Source: Adineta vaga
Lineage: Eukaryota; Animalia; Rotifera
Length of the DNA stretch: 64,000 nt
Reading direction: 5' to 3'
NCBI GenBank assembly: GCA_021613535.1
Contig: CP075495.1
Span: 14,260,001-14,324,000 of the forward strand
In this document: positions 1 to 14,207 of the stretch, one piece after another
Numbering within the stretch: the stretch's first letter is position 1
How the letters are laid out: each line of letters starts with the position of its first letter
Notes under the pieces: generated by a model
The model's input: only the letters and a program-made list of their open reading frames with translations
What the model was told of the DNA's origin: nothing
The model's database searches: none
Program-made: the position numbers and the translations under genes

Positions 1-75
1 ACGTTCTAAAATAAAATGAAATAGATGCTCATATTCGCTCGTCCTCACCACACCGTGTCTGTACATATATGTGTG

Positions 76-112
76 AGCGCGCGCGCGCTCGCGCATCGAG
101 AGAGAGAGAGAG
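76..112. repeat. Compound (CG)n/(GA)n microsatellite
   Basis: GCGCGCGCGCGCTCGCGC followed by GAGAGAGAGAGAGAGA. Confidence 0.7.
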
Positions 113-3100
113 AAAAAAAGAAGCGAGATCGTGAGAAAATGCTTGCTCGCACGCTTGGCGCATCAACAGCGAACAAGAAGAATAAGTCAAGGTAGATCAA
201 TATCTCTTCTGGCACAGATCCAGATACATGACCAATTCATTCCAGATTGCTTGTCCTATATAAGTTATATAGAATGGTGTCAATATTGATACTACGCATT
301 CATGGACAGATTTTTCATCGATGTATTTATTATCTTCTTTCATAGAAGAATAATCATACTGGTTCTCAAGTATCATTATGAGTATTATGAAGAGGAAGAG
401 GAGGAAGAAGAAAATATTACGTTTGGACATATTCACGTGATTTGATTTCATTCCTATCCAAAAACTAGAATTGACTGTTCTGTCCATGAAAAAGTATAGT
501 TATTATATTAAGACACAACTCAAACAATCTAGTCTTATAATGCTTACTATGAAAATTATTCTTGTCGATTACTATCTTGTTACTATTAATCATCATTGTA
601 AGAGTAACAATTTGTTTGGCTATATGTATAGAATGAATGAATGAATAAATAAATAATAAGAAAGATGGCTGGAAATGAGCCAAAGAACACAGAAATAGAA
701 ATAAATGAACTTTGTCTACTTCTTCTTCTTCTTCTTCTTTCTCTTCTTCTTCGTCTATATCTCAATATGTATTGACTTGGCAATATGCCAAGTAGACACA
801 TAGATCAATAATGAAATAGCTAACGAGAAAGCAACACGATATGAATGAATGAATGAAATTATAGTACGATAGAAAGGATGTAGGCTGATGATGAATAATG
901 TATGAATGTATTCTTTAACGACGACAATGATGATGATGATAATAATAGTTGTACGAACTCGAAGAAAGAAAAATAAGTAAATATAATTATAAAAGTATTG
1001 ACAAGTAAAATGGTTCTATGAAGAGTATTGATATTTATTAATGAGAATAGATATAGTATACGTATTAGTAAGAGTATCTTTTAAGAAGATTTTAACACTC
1101 GAAAGAAAAGAAAAAGGAACACGTGAAATCAGTGTCAATATTAATTTTCGATGAAACTGTTGTTCATGAGTTATTCCTAAATCAACGAGAACTTCTTTCA
1201 TCACTTACTTTAAGCCATTTCATTCACTCAATCTTGAGATGCCTTGAAGCATTCTTTTTACTTTATACGTACTGTTCACTGCATATATAACATCGATGTT
1301 CTATAAGCGGCACTTTGCCTTTTTTCATTATTTCAACGGTGAGCATATGAAAATAGAATATGTCTTCTAGCGTTTAATGCTTGTGTCTCTTTCTGTATAA
1401 ACCTGTGTATATGTGTGACGATTAATCTTATCATCATATAGTGCATATCAATATGATTTACTATTCTATAAATGTCTGTAATGATCAATTAATATTCATT
1501 AAGTATAATATTGACATAATCGAAAGTAACGACTATGTTTAGTTTACAAAAGTTTTTTTCAATTAAAAGTCACAACATTTCTGTAGACACACAGACACAC
1601 ATATAAGGATGCAGAACTGATTTAAAAAACAACATCTTGACCTTTTTTTCTGGGAAGATTCGTATAAGTAGTTGAATGATGATGATACTTAAGAACATAA
1701 ACAAATCGAAAGATTTCTATTCACCGTTGTCTGAAGTAGACGAAAAAAGAACCTTCATTCGAAAAAATGCAAACAATATTCTACTCGCTGCACTTTTATT
1801 CAAGTGTTAACATTTCTACAAATACGTTGAATAGATGTGAAAAAGTTGTTTCTATGATTTCATAAGCTGTGTACTTGAATGAGACGAAGAAAGAATAGTA
1901 GTGAAGTTGGTGATAGTAGTAATAATGAATTGAAACGAACGAAAAGACATGAAGCTATAGGATACCATCATTCGAACGAAACTATCGAGCTTCAATTTGA
2001 GAAAAAAAAGATTCACACCAAAAGAAGAAGAAGAAATTTCTTGTCATTACTGTTGTTAACATACAAACATTAAATTTGATTATATGCATACAAAGAGGTT
2101 ATATACACTTGTGTTTGCAATTCTTAGGTTTCATATTTCAATGTATTGAAATGATTTATTTTCAAACGTGAGAAAAGAAGTAGTGATAAACAGCTACCAT
2201 AGTTTAAGGACAATAAATGAAGGAGAAGAAGAAGAAAAAAAAATCGAATGATTGTCTCGTTCTATTGTATTCAAATTTTACGTACATTCAGTCCATTGCT
2301 TATTTACTCAGTGATATAAGACTAAGTTGATGATTACCAAAACTTGCTGATGTATTCGATCAATCTGTCACTTCACGATAAATATACTGGATAGTAGACG
2401 AAATGATAAGATCAATAATATATTCACTATACACATCTGGAAAAATCATCTCCTATCAATTCTATCGATTATAATGATATACATATTTTTGTACTATCCG
2501 TTATAACCTTGTATAACATCAAGTACATATCATCATCAATATATATATATATAGAGAGAGAGATGTGTTACTTACACAAAAATCTACACAAGAATATTAA
2601 TTATTAAGTCTATATTCTCAAAAGATGCAAGAAAAAAAGAAATTTTCGATTAAAAATTGTTCTAAATGATTACCAAATATATACATACTATTCCCAAGAT
2701 TAATACAATTATAATCATCTTTCTATGTTGCCATTCTAAACAAGTAACGACTTCTATGTTATTGTATGAATGTAAAAGACAAATTCTTACACATGCACAT
2801 TTCTCGCGTTTCTTTTCTCTAGGGATCTTACACTATGCAAAGGCGGCATTTACATCTGAATGATTGAACGTTGGCTTCGCTCCATCAATATCTCTATGAA
2901 ATAGCGGCATGTTAGAAAAAGAATTTTACTTCTCTGTATCAACACTAGACGTTCTCTTATAGATTTCAATGTAAAATAGAAGACAGACGCATAGACATTG
3001 TTTTTATTTCCTTTTTCTCATTTGTTGTTATTACTTGTCGCACGACAAACAATAAGCAAAAACAAGTGAAGTGAATGGACATTTGCACTGTTTTCTTTAA

Positions 3101-6100
3101 AATATTCTTCTGAAGTTGTCCAAAACAAAGGAAGAACAAATGGGTACATTGCCGAAAATGAAAATAACGATTGATATTTTCTAGTGCAAAACGAAAACAG
3201 GTGTAGATACATCCTTTGAAATATCCACTCCTACACATATAAACGTCACTTACATTTGTTAGTAGAGTAGAACGCGAGATAATGATATGAAGAAAGAGGA
3301 AGAATGTATCACTAATAACATGAAAATATATATATATGTTTGCGGAATGACACATTAAAAAGACGTTAGACATATCAATGATCTCGACTTTTATCCTATG
3401 TACTTTTTTGAGACAATCAATATTTTTGTTGTTTTTTTCCTTCTTATGTCAAATAAATAATGATATACGTATGCGCAGTCACTCATCAATGTTTTGTCTC
3501 CTCCCACACAAACAAGTGACATTATCACGATGGCATAGAAAAACATCGAAGAATGGCGTGAATAAAAGGAAACGACTAGATGAGTTTTACTTAATAACTT
3601 ACCATTATGCATGTTTATGAAACAATGAAAATCGTTACGATTGTGACGTGTTGTTTGTCTCATGTGGACTGAATGAAGATTGCTGAATGAATACAAATCC
3701 ACCTTTTTTTGCTCGCTTCTTTCTTTCTTTCTTTCTTTCTCCTTTCTGTCTGTGTCTCGCGTTCTTTTATCAACAAAAGTAGTCAGAAGCATCAAGTAAC
3801 AACGGAAAAATGAAAGGGAAGGAGAGTATGCGCGTGAGAGCGAGTACGGTGGCCGGTAATTAGGTGACGAACGCGAGTGCTCGCTTGACGTTGTTATTTT
3901 TGTTGGTGATGCAAACGGCGCAAAAAAAAGGGCATATGACTACAACAGAACAAGAAGAAAAGGAAAGAAGAAGAGAAAAAACTGACGAAAGAGAGTAGAA
4001 AGTATTGTTCTCTCTTCCTTCACGTATATATATATATATATATAATAATATTAAAAATCATTTGATTTAATCAGTGACATAGTAGCTTTGAGTAGAAAAA
4101 GTCAGGTTAGACTGATTATTAGTAAATAAAGATTTGTCATTTTTTTTTATAAAGTACTTCTTTAGAAAAAAAAAACTTAAACCCATATATTTCATTTCTT
4201 CTCTCTCTTTCATGTACCAACGATGTTAAAATGTTTGTTATTATAAAAAGCAAGAAGAAATGAAATATCATTTTATAGACATATCAAAAACAGACGAGAC
4301 TGTGTCTAATGCAAATTTCATGCTATTTTTTATTTCTTTTCATGCATGCATATGTCTACTATTGGCAAAAAAGAAGAAGAAATACTATACAAAACGAAAT
4401 GAAAAAAAACCCAATCCATATGTCGATATTGTAAATTATTCTACATGGAAGAATATTTTAATTGCTAATCTTAACATCCAGATTTGCGTATGACTAGATG
4501 ATATATAGGTTTTTCTATATTGAAAAAAAGCATGCGTAGATATTTTTGATAGGTATATGTAAAGGATACGTTAATTAATTAATTAGATTTGAATAGTTTA
4601 TGTAATATTCAACAAAAGAACTATTTGCTTTTTTTGTCAATGATTAACTTTTGTCATCATCAAGATCAATGAAGAGATTAATCTTTCAAAAAAATATAGT
4701 CAAATAATTGGAAAAAAAGTTAAATGAAGAGTTGTATGTAATGACCAATATAATAATAATAAAATCTGCTTCAGGTCATTGAGTATTTCTGTAAACATGA
4801 AATAAGATATTACTCAAGCGAGAAAAACCTGTTCATTTTGTGTAAAAATCAATTTATTCCGTCTGTTGCCTAAATTATTTTTATTTCTATTCCTTGAATT
4901 CTAATCAATTGATATATATATATATATAAGTAAAAATACTACTTAGATAGATACTTCTTCATAATCATTTTTCTTAATATGCACTGAACAGCCTCTAGTA
5001 TTTCTCTCATCAAGGGAATCGATCTACACTTCCGAGTGATTATGTCTACTTAACAGACATTGTTATGTCTGTTTAATGGACAGAGCATAATCTTCATAAT
5101 TTACGCGTTATGTTTGTATAATAATCAAAGAAATAATGATAAAGCCATTTGCGTATGCACACATACTTATACCACACGTCTTCTGGGAATAAATAAACTG
5201 ATATTTTCAGAAAATAGAACTTTGATTGACATCTGTTAAGCAAATGGATAGAAAGTAAAGTGACCTTCTCAAACAGCTCGGTCATCAAGAACTATTTCAA
5301 TGACAATAGAATGTCCTAGATTTAACTGTTGTGTGCACTGAAGTGTAATTGTAAATTCAAGGCATCAATGTTTATCTATTCGAGCTAATTGAGGTACATG
5401 TATTTATCTTCCATCAAACTAAATAGCATTCTTTCAACATATTAAGCATGAATAAATTATTACATATACAATGTTTAGAATAGATTTTTAGGATAAACAT
5501 TATTCTCTATTGAAATATCAAATAGTTATCTAAAATAATATTATTTTTTAATATATTATTCACGATGTTTACAAGTAATTTACATGGATACATCTATTCA
5601 AGATGTACATATTATCCTTATTGATCGATGAAAACAAATACCTATTCAGTCTGCTAATATCAGTATCCTAAATGTTTTTCGTTACGTTAAATAGCTCGAA
5701 TATCGCCATAGATCCCGATTATCATCTTTTTTTGCTAATTTTAAAATATTTCAACTTACTTGAATTGTTATCATAGTTATTGTAATGTTGTGGTCGATGA
5801 TGATAATTATTCGTAGTTTTCAGAAACAACAAAGTATGACACATGATAGAAATATTTTTTCGTAGAAAACTTCATATGGAAGAAAGGTAACGAAAAAAAA
5901 AGGATAAATAAAATGAACTGGAATGATGCTATTTGATCACAAGTAGAATTTAAAGAAAGAAAAAGAAAGAAATGATTATTTGATATTTTGACATCGATAT
6001 ATATATAGAAGATATCGATAAAGTGATATGTATATACTATAATCGTCTTCTTTTATTGTTTAGTTTATTTTTCTTTTGTCTGTGAACAAGAAAATAGTTA

Positions 6101-7184
6101 ACCTTGATCTTTCTGTATATATATATATATAGTTTAAGAAAGTTGCACATCTATGTATAACCAACTATTTATCTTAGTTAGTTTATGGGAATCAAAATAT
6201 GTGCTAAATAATCCATTTCATAAGTTTTTATCGGCGTTTTGATTTTGTGGACCTAGATTATAAAAATAATTACACTGAAAAGGACAAGTGAAGATTATTA
6301 ATAAGCCTTGAAAAAGCGTTTATAAACTTTTTCCGTCATAAAATTGGGTAAGAGTATGAATTTATAATTCTCTGCTTATTTCATTTCCAGTGCAGAAATA
6401 AAGACTTAGAACCAAGTATACTATTGTGAGAAGAATGATTATCGCAGATGATCTATGGATATATAGCTTTGACGAAAATAAAGATAAAACGAGTTTGATA
6501 GCATCTTCGATACAATTGCATGTCTAGTAATCATATAGTGAATTATTTTAGAGACCTAGCAATGAATTTCAACACATAAAATGTTAAACTGAAAGACAAA
6601 CGATGAATTTCGAGTTAGTTCAAAAGAAAATATAAAAGATTTTGTTTTTATTCAATCCAAAAGATTGTACAATAAAACGTGTTCAAGTAAGAAATTCATA
6701 AAAGATCTGACATCGTCTGAAAATTTTCGTTTGCCATTTTAAGATTGTCTACTAATAGTGTTTAGTCCCATATATATTATGCATATCTCTCTCTCTCTAT
6801 GTACATAATTGTATAAGGAATTGGTTTTGAGTAAAGAAGTTTTAACGATCTTTATTGTCATAGAAGATTATAAATAAAAAATACGTCAAGATCATCGAAA
6901 AACAGAATAATCAAAGACAATCATGAAATAATAATAAATATACCTGAAAATAAAACAATCTATTGATTTGCTATGAACTCGGCCGTTGTCTTTCTCCGAT
7001 CAGACCCAAGATAAACTGAATTCGCCCCTTTACGATAAATTAACAACGAGGTTTTTCTAGAATCATGATGTACATATAATTTTTAATGAAATTCACGATG
7101 GAAATATTACGAGACGTTCAAGTTTCTCTACATAAGCAAACGAAATGTATCTATCATACTTTCTAACGGATTAACACTAGTAAC

Positions 7185-7434
7185 GCTCGTCGAGGCAGAC
7201 TCGCTCAATCCTCGACTGAATGACTAACAGTAAACGTTTTCTCTTGCTGAAGTTATTCATAATAATTTGAATTCGACTATTATGTACTCATCATAGTCCT
7301 TTTTTTAAGCTTATAATCTTGAGAGTCATGTCGTAGGTATTTCAAAAAAAATGTTTTTTTGACCTTTGACCCTGACACAAACAGACACATACAAACTATT
7401 TTTTTTCATATGACCCTCCTTTCAGTCGAGGGAA
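7185..7434. mobile_element. Non-autonomous Helentron/HINE-like (DINE-1/pearl-like) element, copy 1
   Basis: Perfect 11-bp inverted repeat CCTCGACTGAA (7210-7220) / TTCAGTCGAGG (7421-7431), a small hairpin CGAG-GCAGA-CTCG just outside it, and internal TTGACCTTTGACC and ACAGACAC motifs. The last ~85 bp are similar to 23669-23754. Confidence 0.55.
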
Positions 7435-7780
7435 TTTCCGTTCCAGCACATACTACGAAGTTTTTGAAGTCGAATCTTTGATGATTATAAATAGCAATAT
7501 AAATTCACTGACGAATAATCGCTGCTGTTTGAAACCCTATTAATAATTCTTCCAATATTTACAGCCTTGTTGAAATATGCCGTGTATTTTCGGCATCACA
7601 GACATGTTATTTATTTGTGTCGAATTGCCTGTTGAAAATTGTACAATATCACCATGTAAATAGTTGATGTTAGTCTTAAAATACATCAAAGAAGCTATAT
7701 TGATATCGAACGAAACTTAATGAATCGATTTGAATAGTTTATTAATGAGAACTAAAATAGATGCCAATGTAGACGAAAAT

Positions 7781-8518
7781 TTATTGATGTCTTAATTGTG
7801 GTAAACATAAATTATAAAACGAACTAGAGATGAAATCTTGAGGTACAGTATACCATCGTAAATAGCCTGATTTTCGCAATTGATCCATTGATGTAAAATT
7901 TGGACCAGAATAATGAGGATCCTAAATAAGAGAATAATCAAATATGTATGTTTTATGATAGAAGATATGTACAAGTATTAAAAGCTCTTGATTAGATCGT
8001 ACAGCAAGAATACATTTAGAAGCAGCATCAGCATCACCACCCATCATCACTGGTGAACCAAAGTCACGAAAATGTTGAGAGAGTATATTCATATACTTCA
8101 ATAGATCATGACCATTAGAAATGTGAACTATTTTACAATCAACCTAAAGATTAGTGCACTATATATTAAATAAATTGATTTCATCGAAAGAAAGCAAATT
8201 TACATCATACAATTGACTAAGTATCATCGCTGCTTCACATGTTCCAATCCATTGATTTGATTTAATGAATGATTTTGGTTTATCTTCTAGACTAACAAGA
8301 GTTTCTTGAATGTTAGTAATGGAAGGTATATTTGAAGAAGAAAATCCTTCTTTAATATTGATTATCCATGAACATATTGTTTGTAATGTTCGATATCCAC
8401 AACCCCAACCTCGATCATCTTGTCCATCACATGTATAATGATAAAAAGTGAGAACACCTCGTACAGCTTCTATAGTTTCATCAGTTTCCTCATGAACTTG
8501 ATCGATTTTAAGTGACAT
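7781..8518 (-). CDS. UFSP1: Ufm1-specific protease 1-like (peptidase C78), 3 exons
   Basis: Exon 1 has DDRGWGCGYRTLQ (catalytic Cys motif). Spliced exon 2 has GSPVMMGGDADAASKCIL and exon 3 has DPHYSG...FYNLCLPQ*. The short protein lacks the UFSP2 N-terminal extension. Confidence 0.88.
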
Positions 8519-8618
8519 CTGAAATAAATTTAAAATTTTCGTCTAAAAAATATTGCGCATTATATATTGCATTTTTTTTGCTATGATTAGTATTTAAAAG
8601 AAACTTCAGAGAATATTC

Positions 8619-9269
8619 ATGAATTTAATGTCTCAAATAAATGAACAAATAACAGAAACGTTCGAAAATCTACTTAAATTACGTTCTAAATATAACTCAC
8701 TCAATATGTTGATAACATCACCACGTAAATCTCGTACATTATATCGTATTAGTAAAGATAAGCTTCAAAAATTTCATCAAAATAAACAATTCTATATTGA
8801 AGACAAGCAAGAGAGAAATTTGATACCAATTGATACAAATTTCACAGAAGAAAAGATAAATTCGGTACTAATAAGTACACAAACATCCTCTACTGAACAG
8901 ATTGAAACATTATCAGCTAATTCACGAAGTAAATAACTATGCCTATCATTAAAAGCACTCAATATATTGAAAAGTATAATCTTCTTCATTTTAGCAAGTC
9001 ATAATGATTACAATGAAGGACTAACAAATGCTTTCTCATCATCATCATCATCATCATTATCTATACTCAATACTGAAATAACCGAATCAAGCAAAAATTC
9101 AACACTTCATCAGTTAAATTTATCTCATAATTCAGACGGTGAAATATCAACGGTTCAACAACATAATTCGAATAATTATTCGTCCAAACCACAAACAGCG
9201 AACTGTCGTGTGCATATTCGTTCAATCACGCGACATATGTTAAGCGAGGATTCATCGAATGAAATCTAA
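8619..9269 (+). CDS. Orphan ~194-aa Ser/Thr/Asn-rich protein, 2 exons (intron ~8929-8994)
   Basis: Two adjacent ORFs join in frame across a 66-bp GT-AG intron. No recognisable domain. Confidence 0.5.
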
Positions 9270-9419
9270 TGTATTATTCGAAATTTCATAACTCATTATT
9301 CTGTTAATGTTTTCGACTACTTCTCAATTCTTATAAATATAAATTTATCTTTCCGGAATGAAATATAAATCACAAAACCGTTTATTTTTATTTATTTGTT
9401 TGATATAAAATGAAACATT

Positions 9420-12248
9420 TCAGACAAAATTATCATCCTCAAAAAGAAGACGTTCATTAGCATGACCCCATGAAGCTTGTTTTCCTCTACTTAATTGAAC
9501 TTTTTTCATTAATAATTCGTTCATTTGAGGACCAATATCACTAGCAACCTAAGAATTAAAGAAAAGAAGAAACAACATGACAATATTGATATTTTCTTCT
9601 TGTCAATAAAATATACTTTTGCCATTGAACGAATATTTAATGCATCAAGACTACCACCACCATCTTTATTCATATAAACTATAGAACCCGATGGTTTTAT
9701 TCCGTAAGTTATTCTAAATAAAGAAAAATAAAAGTTTATTAAATCAATATTAAAGATTATTTCTACCGTGCTAATGTGACCGAATCTTCTTTGATCGATG
9801 TATCAACGGTATGAACTCCACTAATCTAAAAAATGAATCAATAAAATACTGATACGTTTTCTCTTTTACTTACTTGTCCAACAGTAATTAATACGGGTAG
9901 ATTGGAAACATCAAGAGTACCAAATTGATACGGATCATCACAGACATCCACGGAAACTTCATTCGTTTCTTCATCATGAGTGACTTTCAATGCTGGAACT
10001 CTAGAATAGTTAATAATTACATATTTTTTAGTAAATTTTTCTTCAATAATGTCTTTGTTTTTACTTTGTTTCACTCAATGCAGCTTTCATTGCAAATGAA
10101 CATGTATCATGAAGATTTCCTTCATAACGTAGAACCTTTTCGAAAAAAATAAAATAAAATAAAAATTTAATCTTTTATAGAATGATGAAAGATACTAAAA
10201 TCTAATAAATATTATATTTCCTAATCTGTATTTTTTTTTTCTTTTCTTTATCTCTGTTTAATCAAGTCGATATATCATTTTGATATTTTCAAAAGAAGAA
10301 TACTTACAGAAATATCGACATGAACAAGCCAACAATGATGTCCTTTGACTACACATAATTGACTGAGATCAAAACATTTCGAATTATTCAATATATAATT
10401 AAGACTTCTTGCTATTTGTTTTGTATATTGTCTTCTATGTCTTCCAAAGATTCTCAATGATCGACAACCACTTCTAAAAAAATCAAGAGAAAATAGATAC
10501 GCGCATATTTTAGTTTTTTTTCTTCTATTAATAAGAAAATAATATGAAATTAAAAGAATTTCGTATTCCAATGCCTTTAACAATTGATGAATATCATCTC
10601 GGTCAACAATGGATTGAAATTGAATTACTTAAAGAAACTTTACAAACATGTTTAACATGTGTAACTATTTATGATAATATCAATGAACAAGAAAAAATGA
10701 AAATAATCGATGAAAAAGTTCCATTATTATTCAAAACAAAGATAACATCATTGACATCAATGACACATAGAAAATATCATATTAAAGATCAAAAATCAAA
10801 ATTTTTAGATTTCATATTATTAAAACCAAAAACTGATCTTATTTTAGAAGAATATTCATGGGATTATTGGCCATATACATTGACAATTATTGAAAATCTT
10901 GAGAATTATATTCGTATTATTATTCAAAGTTATTGTCAGACGAATTCTTTCTCATCAATTAATCGAAATTCTCAAATGTGTTTTACTTTAAATAATGAAC
11001 AAATGAAGATTTTAAAAGATTATGAAATAATCAATATTTCAGAAAGATTCGATGATAAAAGAGATTATCGAATTGATGAAGATCCAACAAGAAATATTTC
11101 ATTAAGAAAACCAAATCTTCTTCCATTACAACTCAATAGTAAATGGTATGAAAATCAATCGACATTATGTGTTTATAAACTAATTGAACTTGTTATGTTA
11201 AATGAAAAGAATAATGAAAGATCATTGCTTTTCAAAGCAACAAATAAAATTATTGTAAAAGATTTTCAATGCATTTCTTTTTCTCATTTAAATGAAAATA
11301 TTTCATTTCTTTTTCCGAAAAGTGGTCATCGATTATTAAAACACAAAGAATGCTCTATCATCGTTTTCATCAGAAAATGATCTGTAATATTGATCAATGG
11401 ATTGATAAAACAATAACGAATATTCGTGAAGAAGAAAAATTATTGAAAACATTTATTTTACAACATCAACAAACTCAGTTAGGACATATGAATAAATAAC
11501 TTACCCATCAACAGTTGCTTCTATTCGACCTTCATTGGGTTTATCTTGACTCGTACGACTGAATTCAAATGTAATACCAACCATAACAATTGTACCACCC
11601 TAGAAGAACATTTATTCCTATTGATTTTTGTCGTATTTCTAATAAAACTTACTAATTTAAGTAGACAGGAACCATTTGCAGTATTGACAACATCAGTAGC
11701 AAGTAGTAAGGGACGATAGGAACGACAATCTCGACCATCATTACGAAAATTTGACTAAAAAATAGAGAATTATTTTCAACTAAATTAATAATCGCGAAGA
11801 TTTTTCTATTCAAAAAATGTGAGAGTATAATACGAAATACACGAGATGGCTGATTTTTAAAATAAACTCTTTCGATTCCAAATATAGATCATCTAACATA
11901 AAGCTCAATTTAAACATTGCCAATCATTTCGAATGTTTTCTCTAATAACGCAAGACAAAGTCAAAAGTACCATCATTAACGATTAGATTAGTTTCCTGTT
12001 TATTCATAAAGTCATTTTCAATAAGACGAAATAGAGTCTCAACAATCCAGAACTTTCTTTTATCCTATCTCACAGACAAGAGTTAAGTGAAGCGAATAGA
12101 CAGGAAAAGGAAATAATCTTCTTATGACGTACAATCCATTTTTCATTTTAATATAAATATATATTTATCATCGAAGAATTCTTCTTACCTGTATTCCATC
12201 TACAATGAATTTTCTTTCATCTTCACTTGCAAGAGGTACACGAGGCAT
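9420..12248 (-). CDS. EXOSC7: Exosome complex component RRP42 (RNase PH-like), multi-exon
   Basis: MPRVPLASEDERKFIVDGIQ | NFRNDGRDCRSYRPLLLATDVVNTANGSC | ...FDLSQLCVVKGHHCWLVHVDI | ...DVCDDPYQFGTLDVSNLPVLITVGQ. The DDPY motif is typical of Rrp42. Confidence 0.85.
10544..11499 (+). CDS. Divergent phosphatidylinositol transfer protein (PITP/IP_trans domain), nested antisense in an EXOSC7 intron, 2 exons
   Basis: N-terminus MKLKEFRIPMPLTIDEYHLGQ, then EYSWDYWPYTLT, DYRIDEDPT and LCVYKL. After intron 11255-11322 comes FHQKMICNIDQWIDKTITNIREEE. All are PITP hallmark motifs. Confidence 0.82.
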
Positions 12249-12493
12249 TATCTTGAAAAAATATACATTTATTAGAAATGAAAAAAATTCAAAGACAAAT
12301 CGAAATCAATATATGAATATATATTTATATATGTATTTAGTTCGTTTTTCTTTTGGGTTAGTAGTAAGTTGAGTTCTAACTATGCACAAAAGACAACACA
12401 ACATCGAATAAAAGAAAAAATGAAATGAAATGTTTATTTTATTTCTGTTTTTGCCATCAATGTACAGAATATTTCGTATATTATTGTTCATAT

Positions 12494-14207
12494 TTATGAA
12501 AAATCTCGATCAGGAAATAATGCAGGTGCAACACATGTCCAAATATATAAAACAATACAGATCCAACTGGATACGATTTTAACCCAAAGTGACGCATAAT
12601 TATTGTTATAAGTACTGAAATTTTTTGCAGGTTCATACCAACTAGAAAAAAAACGAAAGATAAGTTCGTTTCGAACAAATAAAAAATTCTCGTTATCTTA
12701 CTTTGTTAATGTCATCATGGCATAAAGTGTTGCAAGTACAAATAAGAAATGAAATAATGAATAATTATAACTGACCGAACTACGTTCATCATCAACAACA
12801 TGTTGACCAGTTCGTTCTTCTTCATCACCTAATAAACCTTGATCATCTGATACTGATGTATCATCTAATATAGTTGAATAATCTGTTGATGAAGATGAGA
12901 GAAATAATTTCTTTGCTCGATGATTACGTGAACTTGTGAAAACAGAATAAAAAAGTGCAATAGTAAACATAACTAAACCAATAATAGTTATGGGATCGAA
13001 AATATTTTGTTGTCGTGTTGGACCAGGACTTGGTGTAGTTGAATTACCCGGATGAATTATTGAACGAATACTTGGATTACATGCAACATTTGGATTATTA
13101 CTCATTGCTGACCTAAAAAATATAAACATAAATTATGAAAATAATTCAAAGGAAAAAAAACAATTTTAACAAACCATGTATAATAAGTAACATAGAGACT
13201 AACGAAAGATGATTGAAGTAATCCACATGATGAATTGTGTTCTCTAACTTGTGGTAAAATTGATATAATTGATAGAATAAAACAGAGACATAAATTGAAT
13301 GATATAAAGAATGTATGTAAACGACAAACACTGCGATCAGGTGCATAATAGATGTAAAACAGAACGATACCAGTGATTGATAGAGCATAAAAAAGAAGCG
13401 TAAAGAATAATAATCCATAGCCATGTTTTTTTGAACCAGATTCTACATGATCGATCCATGATTCATTCCATCTAGAAAATATTTTGTTATTCTATTTAAA
13501 GATTCTTTTTTTTGTCATTCAAATACTTACGAATGAACGAAATCAATCGATAAAAGCAATTGAACAAGAATAAACTAAAAGGAGAAAAATAGTTCTAATT
13601 CTCTCGACAAATATTTTCTGTTTTTGTTTTCCTACTAGAAATCCTCCAATCATTCCGAAGATCATAAATGTTTGTGAAAATCCATGTTCTGGAATAAAGA
13701 ATGCCGCAACTACTAAACCAATCAGTGCTAGTAATTTAAATCCCCAAAAGCCATTTTGAATTTTTGCTCGAAAATCTTTCGATGACTTTACATTGATCAT
13801 CTAAATAAAACATATGTATAAATATCTTCGTTGTTTTGTTTTCCACCAAATAAACATACCAATAATGATAAAAGAAAAAAGAAAATTGTCATTCCAAATG
13901 AAAGACGATATACTGCGAGAGATCCAACGATCTTTTGACAATCAATCGAAGGTATTGATGGCATAACGATATCTGTTAGCTTTGATCCACCAGAACATAG
14001 AGCTGGAATTTTTGCCAGAGTTTTTTCCAGACCAGGTATTAACATAATACATGATGTTATTAAACCAACCAGAAGGATAAGTCCATAAGCAATACGTGAT
14101 GATGTTGAGCCCTTACATGCAGGACATGCTGCACAACAGAGTGAGCAGAATGCATTACCAAACAAACATGCAATTGATGAACCTAGTGAACCAATACATA
14201 AACCCAT
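12494..14207 (-). CDS. SERINC: Serine incorporator (SERINC/TMS1 family), multi-exon
   Basis: Cys-rich MGLCIGSLGSSIACLFGNAFCSLCC N-terminus, RAKIQNGFWGFK, YNYSLFHFLFVLATLYAMMTLT and C-terminal WVKIVSSWICIVLYIWTCVAPALFPDRDFS*. Confidence 0.93.

Noticed and set aside
197-7100. Numerous short ORFs in the left 7 kb
   Set aside because: They are low-complexity F/I/K/L-rich translations of AT-rich non-coding DNA with no consistent exon chain.
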